A stretch of DNA of 62,191 nucleotides, the filler included, from Sphacelaria rigidula (taxonomy: Eukaryota): the NCBI GenBank assembly GCA_964200075.2. It is 6 parts of 6 records of this genome, joined end to end, with 100 filler letters (N's around TTAATTAATTAA, not from the genome) between each part and the next. Parts side by side here need not be neighbours in the genome. Positions count along the whole stretch, not along the records: positions 1 to 10,283 come from CAXNAA020006791.1; positions 10,384 to 20,665 come from CAXNAA020006792.1; 4 more parts are not named here. One strand, given 5' to 3'. The notes beneath the pieces were generated by a model, which had not been told where the DNA came from, did no database searches, and saw only the letters and a list, made by a program, of their open reading frames with translations. Shown here piece by piece: positions 1 through 12,162 of the stretch. A program made the position numbers and the translations under genes. Within the stretch, counting starts at the first letter, position 1, and each line of letters opens with the position of its first letter.

Positions 1-131
1 GTAGGGATGCGAGGTCAACGGTCTCATGACTATGGCATGCATAATCATGAGTACACCCCCCTCAGAGTGAGGGGTGTATTCATGATCTTGCATGCGGCGT
101 AGCCATACGACCGTTGGCCTCGCATCACTAC
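1..131. mobile_element. ~130-bp hairpin made of two inverted ~60-bp units homologous to the 3' end of the poly(C)-targeting LINE (alternatively a hAT-like MITE)
   Basis: GTAGGGATGCGAGGTCAACGGTC...CATGAGTACACCCC at 1-60 pairs with GGGGTGTATTCATGA...GACCGTTGGCCTCGCATCACTAC at 71-131; the arm aligns with the LINE end at 36222-36281. Confidence 0.75.
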
Positions 132-230
132 AAAGTTGGGGAAAGAGCATATGACAGTGGTACGTAACAAAATTCGAAAGCATACTCGTAAAAAAAATCC
201 TGAGTTTGAAATGCTTTCATCTCATGACGA

Positions 231-573
231 GTGTGTGTTGTCATCCCATTTACTCTGGACGCCAGTCTAGACCTTTCGGTGTATATGGGCGCACCAGCCG
301 AGGTCACACAGCAGGCCATCACAGGAGTTTTTTTTTTTTTTTCACTTCTCCACCTCTCTTCGGCGGTGCTTGCCTTGTTTTTTTTTATCGCGAGAGGGGT
401 TCAGCAGTCCCTCTCCCTCGTTAAGTCGAATTTTTGGATACCCACGGCATACTAATAGTCGCTCTCCATTGTTGAGCATTGCGTGAGAAAAAATCCTAGG
501 TGGTTCTGAGATTAGAACCCACGACCCAACCGTCAGAGGTTTCGAAATTACCAACTGAGCCACTGGAGCGACC
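231..573 (-). mobile_element. tRNA-derived SINE, family A, full length
   Basis: Minus strand begins GGTCGCTCCAGTGGCTCAGTTGG (A box), has GGTTCTAATCT (B-box-like) and ends GGGATGACAACACACAC; homologous copies at 1498, 2034, 7287, 14331, 47021 and 53176. Confidence 0.85.
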
Positions 574-848
574 GGCGACTATAACTACAACAATCTTAAG
601 AACATTGGACATTTAGGCTGCGTCATAGCAAATCATAGTTTGATGGAAATGTGCGGTGGAGAACAAAAATTCCGATCTGGTAAATCGCGATTTCAACCAT
701 TAATATCGTCAGAATGAAGAAGACGATTTTAGTTGAAATAATGACCCATGAGCAACAGAGAATATCATGGCTGAAAACAACGGTTGCAACGTGATTACTA
801 CAGTCTGAGCACCGATATTCGGGTCTCTAGAGGGGCTGACAGTCCCAA

Positions 849-849
849 G

Positions 850-880
<31 letters not shown>

Positions 881-1150
881 CTTCACATTAAAAACCGTTC
901 CGATATCTGCGCGGTACATTCGTACACTGCATCTGATGCGGACGCCTTTCATGGTCACAGGCTAGCAAAAGAAAAAAAAATAGACCCAGATAAAAACTCA
1001 CAAAACGCGATACAAGCAGAAACAGGGATAAATAATAAAGAAGAAAGAGAATACATACGGCTAACCTCAGAAGATCCGGGTCGCAGGTGGCCATTCGGAC
1101 TTCTTCAGGGGGTGGCACCCGGCTTTCCAACTCGACGCGCGACGCCAAGT
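849..1150 (-). mobile_element. Probable non-LTR retroelement 3' end with (CAA)n tail; includes the (GTT)n microsatellite at 849-880
   Basis: Minus strand ends ...TTTTTAATGTGAAGACAACAACAAC..., a short-repeat tail typical of RTE-type LINE/SINE ends; single copy here, so the 5' boundary is uncertain. Confidence 0.4.
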
Positions 1151-1258
1151 GCTCTTAAGTAGTCCAGAACGTGTTTTTGTCTAGAATTGGCACCAACTTA
1201 GTGTCTACCAACGCACACACTTTGCCGAGGACATCAGCTAGGGTTGGGGCATGTCTTT

Positions 1259-1448
1259 GGCGGAGTCTTATCAAGTTGTTTTCGTGTCAACAACGTGCGG
1301 TCGAATCGAACTCGCTCGCTTATGATTCATCCACACTATTTGTTTCCTCAGATGGCTGAGAACGTGAATGCCGTGGATGTATCAGGTACGAGCAAATTCG
1401 ATTCCACCGTACGTTTTCGAGTCGAAAGCAATTTGATAAGACACGGCC
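1259..1448. mobile_element. ~190-bp foldback MITE (Harbinger/Tourist-like)
   Basis: ~75-bp imperfect inverted arms, GGCGGAGTCTTATCAAGTTG...CATCCAC and GTGGATG...CAATTTGATAAGACACGGCC; 3-bp flanks TTT/TTG. Confidence 0.7.
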
Positions 1449-1497
1449 TTGGCAAAATATGTTTCGATCGAAAACATGCGGTGGAAAAGGGAAACTC

Positions 1498-1856
1498 TGT
1501 GTGTGTGTGCTGTCGTCCCATCTTTTCTGGACGCCGGTCTACACCTTTCGGTATATATATGTGGGCGCACCAGCCCGCGTCACACAGCAGGAGGGTCGAT
1601 ACAGGTTTTTTTTTTTTTAGTACCCCATCTTCCTTGCGGTGCTTGCCTTTATTTTTCTTTATCGCGAGAGGAGTTCAGCAGTCCTTTCCCTCGTCGACCG
1701 TTGAGTCGAACTTTGTGTACCCACGACATATTAATAGTCGTTCTCGACTGTTGAGCATGATGTGAGAAAAAAAACAGATCGCTCCGAGATTTGAACCCAC
1801 GACCCAACCGTCAGAAGGTATCGATCGAGGTTACCAACTGAGCCACCGGGGCGACC
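1498..1856 (-). mobile_element. tRNA-derived SINE, family A, full length
   Basis: Minus strand GGTCGCCCCGGTGGCTCAGTTGG...GGGTTCAAATCT...(CA)n tail; colinear with 231-573. Confidence 0.85.
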
Positions 1857-2033
1857 AAGATCGGAATTATTATTTTCCACGGCACTTTTTCGATCGAGAA
1901 ATGATGTGCCAAGACACGGCCTAGCGTTGTTGGCGCCATCTCATTTATAGTACCAACCATTGTTTCCGACCATTTGGTAATCCGTCCTCCTATCAGATCG
2001 GGGGTTTTCCATCGCACATGTTCGATCGAAGAA

Positions 2034-2231
2034 TGTGTGTGTGTTGTCGTCCCTTAGGTTCTGGACGCCGGTCTACATCTTTCGGTGTGTATAGGCGCAC
2101 CAGCCGGGGTCACACAGGAGGGAGGCCAACACAGGACTTTTTCTTTGTTTCAGCACTCCACCTTCCTTCTGCGGTGCTTGCCTTTATTTTTTATCGTGGG
2201 AGGGGTTCCGCACTCCATTTCCCTCGTCAAC
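2034..2231 (-). mobile_element. SINE family A, 3' half
   Basis: Colinear with 1498-1697; no tRNA head. Confidence 0.8.
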
Positions 2232-2413
2232 AACCATTAACCCTTAGACGCGAGCGTCGCCTCAGAACAGATGTACAGGTTGACAGTTCCGAGACATCCG
2301 GGGGTTTCCAGGGCTCGGGGGGGTGGTTTTTGAGGGGGGGGGGGGGTTTTTTCCCACGGGGTATCGGGGGGGGTACGGGGGTCAACCCTGTATGTTGGGA
2401 AGTTTCGGGCGGA

Positions 2414-2423
2414 NNNNNNNNNN
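2414..2423. other. 10-N scaffold gap in G-rich low-complexity sequence
   Basis: N run flanked by G homopolymers (about 2300-2495). Confidence 0.95.
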
Positions 2424-2618
2424 GGGGTTTTGTGGTGGGTGGGGGGCGGTGGGCGCTAGTTGGGGTGGGGTTGCGGTTGGGGGTGGGGGGGGGGTGTCTC
2501 TCCACGGAGTATCGGAGGAGCTCACGGAGTCAACCATGTATGTTTGGAAGTTTCTCGCGGAAAATCATGAGCCTTGCACGAGGCCCGAGTGGCGCGGGGT
2601 GACCATTCTGACCAATTA

Positions 2619-3424
2619 GGCGGGGTCTTATCAGAAGTGATTACACTATTGAAAAAAACACTTTTGGAAAAGTAATTGCCCCCACAACGACCAGTGCTGC
2701 GTCTTATCGACAAGCAGCTTTGTTCAGATCGAAGCCCAGATCTGCGCACAGGTAAAAAATGCGGCGATTTTGGAAGTGGCCGTTAGTCCAATATCTCTGT
2801 ACTGCTGCGGACAAGACGCAAAGAGGTAGCACAGCGCCGACATACCTAGCCACGAAAACCGACCGATAGACATTCACCACTCACGCGCATCATCTCAAGC
2901 GTTAGCTCTTCATCATCTGCACATGGCAGCCTTTGTTTGATGGAAATCCGTCCAGTATTAGATGAAAAGCGGCCGCGTGCGTGTCACATAGCAACCGAAA
3001 ACGTGCTGTTTCTTACTGTTTTTGAGCGTGTGCTGTGCGCGCGTCTCACGCAAATAATCGTTTCTCACTGAATTCTGAACCGATTTGACCAAGGTCACGC
3101 ACAGCGTGCTCAGCTGATAAGCAGCACTGAATGGAGCGGTGTGTTTTCGTTTGCGATCCTCTGGTTCACGTTTGATTGTCCTGACTTGTCTGTCAAGACT
3201 TCGGTTATGCCCCTGTCGACGAGATGTTTTATGTTCCCGCTCGAGGTGGCACAAAATCACTTTTACAAAAGTGATTTTTACTTCCTGAAATCACTTTTGC
3301 GAAAAAAGTGATTGTGTGATACTTTTCGGGGGGGGGGGAGTGGTATCGCAGCAACCAATCATCGGTCGTTCTTCACAAAAGTGATTTCTTGAAAAGTGAT
3401 GATCACTTCTGATAAGACCCCGCC
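2619..3424. mobile_element. Non-autonomous TIR element (PIF/Harbinger-like)
   Basis: Perfect TIR GGCGGGGTCTTATCAGAAGTGAT / ATCACTTCTGATAAGACCCCGCC; flanks TTA/TGA; subterminal AAAAGTGAT/ATCACTTTT repeats at 3253-3400. Confidence 0.75.
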
Positions 3425-4282
3425 TGACGGTTGTCAAAATGAGCACTCTTGTTCCGGTACGAAGAAAAAAATTAAGGCCGACATTTTTTTTTATTCGGCA
3501 CACTTTCTTCATGGTTTTCCTCCAAATCACAATTCTAAAAATTGAGCTAAGACATTGAGACAAGGCCAAAGAGCAATTTTCATTCGTAGAGGTAGACAGC
3601 TAGTAGACACATTCGCTGTCTACCCTCATATCTTATTTTGATCGTGCCAAATCAACCACAGATTATATAACCAAAAAGCAGGTGTTTGAGCATCTTCGGT
3701 ACACTACAGTAGTACTGTCTCAGCGTCCTACTAGCTCCATACCTCCACCTAGTATAAAACGTTATGGCGCAACACGCGAGCGGCGGCCACGAGTATCCTC
3801 CGCACGTAGATGTAGACAGTCAAGTACTTCGGCGGTGAGGCGACAGCCATCGCCGAGCATTTGCTCTACGGTAGACAGGGGCGTTCACGGCGGTAGTCAT
3901 GGTGCGATATCCAAACGCACGCTGCATACACTCGGCACGTTCAACACTGTAAGATCCAGTACGCTGCAGACCACACGTGCAGCCACGGCACGATATACTA
4001 CTGACTACAAACTGCACAGCAAAAACATCAGGAGTAATAAGCAGGTGGTCGACAACCACACCACCATCTGTGTTATGACTCTCACAACTATGTGCCTCTT
4101 ATGCACTCCCGGTCCCTTCCGACGTAGAGTAGGCGTTTTGAGTCGTGACACAGCAATGATTCTGAACCCCAAAAGTGGAGTGTCTACCTTAGTCTACGTA
4201 CCAGCGGGGGGGTCGCCGTCTAAGGGTGGAGTCGAATTTTACGTACCCACGACGTAGTGTGCTAAAAAAAGTACGTTTCATT

Positions 4283-4690
4283 GTCCAGATCGAACCCTAG
4301 ATCTGCATACAGGGTCGGAGCAGCGGTGGGTCAGGAAGTGGTCGCTGGCCGAACACCTCTGCACTGCTACGGACACTGCGTAATCGTACAACCCAACCCC
4401 TTAGACTCCGAGCCCAGAAAAAACATGCACAGACATCCCGCCACTCACGCGCAGTAGCTCCAGCGCCAACCCTTGCTCATCTCCGCACAGCAGGCTTTGT
4501 TCGATGGAGACCCGTTTTGTATTGGAGGAAAGGCGACCTCCTGAGTATCAAATTACACCGAAAGATGCAGGTGCCGACACTCTGTCCGTGTGATGTACGC
4601 CCGTCTCGCACAAATCATCGTTTCTCAATGAATTCTAGGCGGATGTATGCAAGGTGAGGCACAAAATGCTCAATTGATCAGCAGGTACGG
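4283..4690 (+). repeat. Diverged copy of the interior (about 2722-3125) of the 2619-3424 element
   Basis: Colinear anchors: CAGATCGAA-CC-AGATCTGC, GGAAGTGG, CCACTCACGCGCA, GATGGA, ATCGTTTCTCA-TGAATTCT, CAAGGT. Confidence 0.7.
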
Positions 4691-5655
4691 CTCGAGCTGT
4701 GTGTTTTTGGCTTGCGGAGGCAATGAGTTCCTCAGGCGCACTTCTGATGGTGTTGAATGAGTGTATCGAGCCTTTGCATATGCCCCTTTCAACTGTCAAC
4801 AGAACAACGATGTTCCTCTTCGGGCTGAAGACCGGGCATATTTGCATGAGCGATGACGAATCACAGGCCGGTTTTGAAACACGATTCATCATCGCCTCAG
4901 GGAGGATTTCGCGGGAGAGGGGTTTCTGTGCTCTTTTCCGCAATAACGTCGCCTTACATCTAAAACCTCAGATACGCGAGCTCGGTCGCTCCCTTCCCAA
5001 CGAATGCAAGTGGAGTACGTGTAGAGCACTACGCACGTAGGTGGCGGCCCGTTTTGAAGAGACGATCTTTGTTTCATCTATTTTTTTGTTGTCCGTCTGA
5101 TTGATTGATAACCGATGACAACCAATCTGAGAACTGATGGCAACCAATCGGAAGGACGGCATACAAGCATCGATCATGAAATCATCGAGAATTGTCCTCA
5201 CTCTCACAGCGCGTTTTCGCTTTTTTCGTCTCGTTAAAACTGGCATTTCCTCTCAACTGGCGTTATCCGGTGCATTTGATGGAAGCAAAGCCAATCGAAA
5301 GGACTCGTAGCATATAGTATACGTACAGATAAACATAGTAGAACAGCGGTGATGGGGTGATGGGGGTGTATCACACAAGCCGCGGCCTTGCTGTGTACAC
5401 TGCTTATTCGAGAACGTAATCCAGAGTACGAGGCACCGACGGCACTTGCCTATCTTCATAAAGTCGAAACAAATATCGAAAAACACGTATTATTTCAGAA
5501 GCCGCTTTTGTACGATAAAGATATTGCACCGAAAAGTAGTAATCAGCAGACCACCATACCCATATCACCACCGCCCCGGCAACAGCAACAACGGCAGCAG
5601 AAGCACGGCCAGCACCATCGCGGGGGGTAGCGCTAAAAGCACAATCACGAAAGCC

Positions 5656-5901
5656 ATGGTCCTCAACTCTCACTACCAAGCGCAAGCGGCAGCAACAGCT
5701 CGTAACTGGCATTCAGCAGACGGCATGGAGGTTTTGCAACAGCACCATCAATATCAACAGCAGCAGCAACAGCAACAACAACAGCAACAACACCATCAGT
5801 ATATAGCCGAGGTGGAAGACAGCCTACCGCCGCCTGTGCTGATACGACTGGACTACTACACGCGCAATCCTTTGATTGATCATACGGATATCCTCAGACA
5901 G
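5656..5901 (+). CDS. Possible exon of a Gln/His-rich protein
   Basis: ATG at 5656, poly-Q encoded by mixed CAG/CAA, then PPPVLIRLDYYTRNPLIDHTDILRQ ending at a CAG|GTGCAT donor; no recognisable domain or partner exon. Confidence 0.3.
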
Positions 5902-7286
5902 GTGCATTTACGTTGTTCCGTCTTTGCGGGCTTTTTGCGGACTTTTGTCGGTTCAATTATTGCTCGACGAGTGACTTGAACATCATATCTACTATATTTC
6001 AGCGGCGGGGAAGGGGGGGCGTGGCTGTGGCTCGGCGAAAGGAGGGCTGCACCATCTATAGTGTAATCAGGATATGTGCGGACTGGCATATGGGGCCAGA
6101 CGTTTCGCCGGCCTTCTTGAATTTCTTCAGTCGTCACTGTATTCACAAGAGAGACACCCTCCTGTGATCCCCTCCTGTGATGTATTGATCGTACAACAGA
6201 GTTTCACGTCGCCCCCGCCCCACGTGTCATGCCAAGTGATGGAGGGTTGCGAAATGTTTTCCCGTGTCCTCATACTTTCTGGCGTCTCCGCGATTTTCAT
6301 GCCCTCTACGACCCAGATCATCTCGGTGTCCATCTCTCCCTGTTGTCTCGTTCTTGATTTCTTTCGGTGCTCTCTCTCCTCTCTCTCTCTCGGGGTCCCA
6401 ATTGTACCCCCTTCGCGCGATTCTCCGTCTTCATCAACGTTGCTAACGTGTTCTTGAATATCTTTACTTACAGTGGTTCACTGCACATCAAATGCAATAG
6501 TCCACAGTGAACCCTTGTCAAGACTTCACGGTTCAACAATGGTTGTATTTAGAGGAAACGATCATATTCGAATTATGGATGGTGCCCGCCCGCTTGCCCA
6601 GTACTACAACAGTACACCGTTTTCGCGCAAATCGCGCCGGATTCGCCCATGTGTTTGAACGCGGCCAGCACACACGTCACCAAGAAAACGCCCCGGCACC
6701 TCCTTGTTCCGGTGTTCCCGGTCTGCCTTGGTTGGGGTTTGGGGGAATGGTTGAGCAAAAATACTTCGCATGTATAATGTTCAACCATGAATTTTTCACG
6801 GGGTTTTCGGGTAAAGTCACTTCCACCCTGCCGTTCCGGTGTATGTGCAATGACAAGTCACGAAAAAATGATGTTCCGGGAACGTTCACAAAAAAAAAAA
6901 CAGTCAGGTCGTCATGAAAAAACGAGTTAATTCGCCCTGGCGGGAGTTACTAACATTGTTCGCTAGCCAGACCATCTCCTGCCCAAGAGAGGTTCCTCAA
7001 ACTCGAGGTTTCCAGTACATTCAGCATGATTGTTGCAAGATAATCGTTGTACTGTTGGATATGCCCGGAGCCTCGAGCCAGAGATACCTTCGATTGGGCG
7101 GATGTTCCGACGCGAACGCGACTGGTACCGACGGATATTTTGACGTCAGAGCACCGTTCGTGATCAAGTAGAGTTGCTGTAAAGTTTGTCCGGTTCTGTT
7201 CATGGTTGATATGACCCGATTTGAGTGTGATCAGGTAGATCCTATTTTTTAGTGGGTTGACAGTTCCACGTGCCTCATATCGTGCC

Positions 7287-7374
7287 TGTGCTGTGTTGTG
7301 TTGTCGTCCAATCTAATCTGGGCGCTGGTCTGTACCTTTCGGTTCATGTGGGCGCACCAGCCGGGGTCACACAC
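7287..7374 (-). mobile_element. SINE family A, 3'-terminal fragment
   Basis: TGTGTTGTCGTCC...ACCTTTCGGT...GGGCGCACCAGCCGGGGTCACAC matches the family tail. Confidence 0.75.
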
Positions 7375-7515
7375 GTACCTATAATGCATTTTTGTTGAAA
7401 TCGGCGTTATTACAGGCGCCGATTTGAGGTCTGCCGCAGCACACCTGCCGAGGACACCCTTTCCATAATCATTTAACCACTGACCTCGCATCCCTCAAAA
7501 GCCGGCACGAACTAC

Positions 7516-7622
7516 GCCGGGTTCACGAAGCACGCCGGGTTTTCGCTGGACCAGCCGGCGCAGTCAATCACCCAAGCACGAAGTGTCGGGATGTGTTCGG
7601 CGAGTCGCATGAGGGGTGATGC
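7516..7622 (+). repeat. ~105-bp dispersed repeat, family D
   Basis: AGCACGCCGGGTTT...GACCAG...ATCACC-AAGC-CGAAG...GATGTGTTCGGCGAGTCGCA; copies at 23581 and 39649 on other contigs. Confidence 0.7.
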
Positions 7623-10283
7623 ATCCTGCTAAGTTTGCTCGGTCCGAAGCGTACTGATTTTTTTGCACATGGATGACAGCCTCGAATGAGTTACTTCATT
7701 TTATAGTATCGCCACTTCTAGGGACAGCGACAGGTTACACTGCCTCACGGGTGTCTCACCATTTCAAAACTGCGTAGTACGATCATTCCCTTTGCGCGGG
7801 TGTGAGGTTCTCCCTGCACAATTTTGTCTGACTCGACCTGTTCATATTTTGGTTCTTATACTGAATACAACCGCCATTATGGTTGTGTGTTGTGTGTTGT
7901 CATCCCATCGATACTGTACGGCAGGCATCGAGTTCATGGGTACGGGTCGTTATAAAATAATTAAGCTCAAACCAGCTATTTTTTTGTTGTTGTCCATGAT
8001 CCTCGAGCGGATCTAACCCGGGCAGTGTTTCGCCCAGTGTAGTGTCACGTTCTTCACCACCACCCCCAAAAAGCAACTTGGTGAAGTGACAGAAGTCGAA
8101 AGGTCATAGAAATGACAACTATGCTGATGCACAGCTGTAGTGCTCGTCCTACGCTACCCCTCGGTCGAAGTCCGGTTCAATTCCATCCAGTACAGCACAC
8201 GAACGATCGATGAATAACCAGGAAAAAAGTCACGGAAATCTGTACAAGCCGAAAAGTCATTTTCCAATATGGCCGACCTACACGCGATCGCAGATAACTC
8301 GCTGTGCACGAATGGCAGCCAGCTGAAACTCAACAGACAGGTTATGATTGCCAATAGCTCTCGTTTAACATCCAAATCGCACCGATTAGTTCTCGCTGTC
8401 GTGCGGAAATCGCAGTAGATGAACATCACTATACATCAACATTTTCATCTGCGGCAAGGATATGCGTCTTAGCTACACAGAGCAATTTGATTTGTTGCTG
8501 CAGCTGCTGTGTGTATCGAGATATTGTCATCTCAGTGCGGGGTGTTGGTACACATGAGATGCGGTGGAAAAGCGAATCCTATACAAAGGAAGCCGGTATC
8601 CAAAATAAGCCGGGGGGAATTGCACCGCGTTTAGGTGTGTTCGTTGTCGTAGATATTTTCTCCCACACTTTAGCGTCGAAACAACAGCGTTGCCTGTCAG
8701 CAGAGAAGATGGTTAAAATATATGCATGGCATTATAGCTGTGGTGGCGCGCGAGGTCGCTTCCCAAAACGTGGCGTACGCACAAACGCATACTGTCGCCA
8801 GCGAAGCCGTGACCCCTCCGCCTCTAAGGTCAGTTCTCATGGCAGACGAACAACGCAAAAAAAAAATATGCGAGCTGGGCCAGCTGACAGTGATTTGCGA
8901 ATGTATCCGGGCCGGGCGGTGGGTAATTCGAAGCGTTGGGCGCTAAAATATTGAAACATTTTTATCGTCACTACACACAACCTTCCCGGGGATGCCAAGA
9001 GGGGAAAATATGTGCAGTTAAAGCCATTTGAAGTTTCTTCAAAAACTAGAAAAATGCTTGTTATCCGCGAAAAAAATAGAAATACGTGGGCATCCCTACT
9101 GTGGTTGTTGCGTCTTTCACCGGAGGAGATCCTGCTGCAATTGCGGCCAAGACTTGAAGAAATTTGGCGTAGCATCCAACTTTTCGTGTGGCGCGGCAGC
9201 GCCCATTTAATGCAAGTGATACAGTTGACGCCAGTTATGGACGTCACGAGTTCGAATCCCGACGGATTCCTTTTTTTTCTGTTCCGTCGGTAAGGTGATT
9301 AATTATGCAGTACATTATTTTATTCACTCAGCGGCGGTCCCGTCGGCGGTCCCGTCCGATACCATGTTGGCCTGCAGGTCACACCAATGCACTCAAGTCA
9401 GGCTGATTTGGTAAAGTTGATAACTTATGGTATTACATACAAATGCGGGATTTACTGCTGGCCCAGCTTGCAGCCCTACTTTTCATTGTTCGTCTATGTT
9501 ATTTCGCGCCGTAAAGGGGGCCAGGGGAGTATTGACAGCTTCTAATGGCTTCCTGTACTTTTAGGAAATAAAATACTCGAGGAAGTTTTTTTTCTAGTAG
9601 TGGCAGATTATTTCATTTTCACATACACTATTCTGCCAGAGCGGTCAAGACCGGGGGAACAACCCGTATCACGTTCGCATTTTCCGGTGGCCGCAGATTT
9701 GTGTCCGACTGGACAGGCATTTAGTATAAGAACGGTCGATACGAGGTGATGACTGTCATGGTTTTCTACACCTGACCACCACTTTATTCTGGACTCGACT
9801 GATGTTCATAGTTCGAGGACGAACACACAACTTCAGCAAAACAAACAAGACACAAGCGCCTGAAAACGTTGACGTGACGCGACAGATTTTCTGAGGATGA
9901 ACGCAAGGCATACCGAGGAGGCAACATCCGCCCAGCCATCATCTACGCCCAAAACGAAGAAATAAATGGAAAAAACAGTCGTTCAACATGTTGTGTTTGC
10001 CATAAGAAGTGGTTTAAATCAAACGTTCCGAAAACGGACCCGATGTATGATGCGCAAGATCAGTGGTGACACGACCCTCCGGTTCGGGGCAGATGGTGCA
10101 GGATCAGGGATATCGCCGAGAGTGTGACGAAGAACACCACCCTATATTTTTCGCCCAACTGTTCAACACAGTAGTGATACGGATGATCCCCGGCGGTTCT
10201 CTCCTTGCACGAACACCATAGCGTTGAGGCGCGAGCGTTGGTAGTGCTGCACGGTAAGTCGAAATGTCCACTGGCATACCATA

Positions 10284-10383
10284 NNNNNNNNNNNNNNNNN
10301 NNNNNNNNNNNNNNNNNNNNNNNNNNNTTAATTAATTAANNNNNNNNNNNNNNNNNNNNNNNNNNNNNNNNNNNNNNNNNNNN
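10284..10383. other. Artificial contig linker
   Basis: N44-TTAATTAATTAA-N44 (stop codons in all six frames). Confidence 0.98.
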
Positions 10384-12162
10384 AAAAAACAACACCCGCC
10401 TTTTCCCGCTTCCCGCCCCCCCCCCCCCCCCCCCCCCCCAAAAAGAGTCCCCCCCCCCCCCCCCCCCCCCCGACTACAACTACAACCACGCTGAAAATTG
10501 TCGCTATTTGCGATGGGGGGGAGAGGGGGGGGTGAACCGGAAACGCTCAAAATAGAAATGACCAAAAATAAACGTCCAACTTAACCTGTTCGCTGACACT
10601 GCTGCATAACTTTACGGTTCGGATGAATCATCGCCGGTTCGAATCACCAACTCCACGATTTTTCAGGCCTGATTGCTCAACAAAGAGCAAAAAAGTTGAC
10701 TGCTGGTCAGAAAGGTCTCCACGCAGCTTTTGCGCCATTCCACGTGCATGGGCTGCGCGTACCTGGGTTGCAACGCTGAAAACAGATCCCAACGATTGAT
10801 TCGTACGGTACCAACTAATCACACTAAAATCAAGTAATTTCCGGACGAATCATCAATTCGTCCGACCCTTGCATACTTTCTCCGACTGCAGTGTCAAAAT
10901 CTCTCGTGTGTGTGTGTACGTGTGTTGGGGTGTGGAATACAAATGAGAACACACACACCAAAATAGGTGCATACACGCGTTGGATCGAGAGGGAAAACAC
11001 ACACGCACACACACCGAAAGCAGCTTCTAACCAGGACTTCGGAGTATAGATCTTGCCAGACGCATGTCTTGTGTCATCCTCCGAACAGGAACACCCTGCT
11101 ATGTTCGTTGCCCCCCCCCCCAGCAGCAAAATAACGGACACGATACACCAAGAACATCGCATAACAACGCAACACAACACAACAACACAACACACAACGT
11201 CTTCCAGGTTCGCAACAAACCCGAATCGCTTTCACTCCACCTGTCCTCACCCTCAACAGGATGAGGGAGAGACATACGAAAGCGGCAGCACGAATCAGGG
11301 CCCAAGATATCCTTGACTCGTGACACGAGGAGCAACGTGGTCACAGCATAACGTGTGATTATAATAGGGCTAATGCTTGATGGCGGCGATAACACTTGGG
11401 TTTTCACTGAAAAAACGAGCAGTTTCTGCCTGCCTCTGCTCCTGCCCAAGGTTGGAAAATAAAATAAAAAAGAGAAACGACCCGGAATAGTGATTGCACG
11501 TGTACTCTTCAACATGCCGTGATACACAAACAAAAACTACATTATTGCGTGTGGCTCATACCGTAGGGCGGTACAACAGGACAAAATCACACAACAAGAC
11601 AAGAAAAATGCGGCACTACGGTCCCGTTACACGTGAAAGGGTGCAATGCCGCGCTCCACAACTCATACCCCACCCCCTCTTGAGTCCTCGCAACTAGAGG
11701 TGTGTGGGTGTATCATCCAGTTTCCCGCGCAGGTGTCCGACTGTCCTGACGAATACCAACAAGGGGAACGCTCCTTGACCAAAGCAACGCCCTCCGTTCT
11801 GTCGAGACTCGCGCTTCTTTCAATGTGAATTTAGTACCGACAACTTCAGCATGCATTTGGGACGTTTTCCCATTCGTGCAAGCAAAGTGGACGGCGGCGA
11901 TAGATAGCGATACGCTTTCGGCCGACACCGCACAGGGGAAGTCACCACAATCTCTCCAACCCGAGCGGATTTAGCATCTCCCCCCGCACGTGAAACGACA
12001 AAAAAAAAATGTCTGTTTTTCTTTTTTCTTTTTTGTTACATCTCGTCCATGACTCCAGATTTTGCCCGCCGCTCTTCGCTTTTTCTCGTGGAAGCCCTTT
12101 TTTTTGTTGCTTTCATCTTCTTCACTCTGCGGCAAGCAAAATCTTCTTCGTTGCTGCTTCGT

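Larger units (their letters stand above)
1247..1921. mobile_element. Foldback MITE (Harbinger/Tourist-like TIR core) interrupted by a second MITE and a SINE
   Basis: Removing 1259-1448 and 1498-1856 restores GGGCATGTCTTGGCAAAATATGTTTCGATCGAAAACATGCGGTGGAAAA ... TTTTCCACGGCACTTTTTCGATCGAGAAATGATGTGCCAAGACACGGCC, matching the uninterrupted copy at 20108-20292. Confidence 0.65.

Noticed and set aside
490..573. Functional tRNA genes (also near 1780-1856, 9188-9265, 32205-32273 and 53176-53260)
   Set aside because: A/B boxes are present but no complete cloverleaf is evident; most continue into SINE bodies.
2018..2619. Gly/Pro-rich ORFs
   Set aside because: They span a SINE fragment, G homopolymers and an N gap; probably low-quality sequence.
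5388..5630. ORF upstream of the poly-Q exon as a separate gene
   Set aside because: Short, no domain and no clear splice sites; it may be a frameshifted part of the same locus.
10328..10339. Recurrent TTAATTAATTAA palindrome as a biological site
   Set aside because: Always embedded in N44 flanks; it is an assembly linker.
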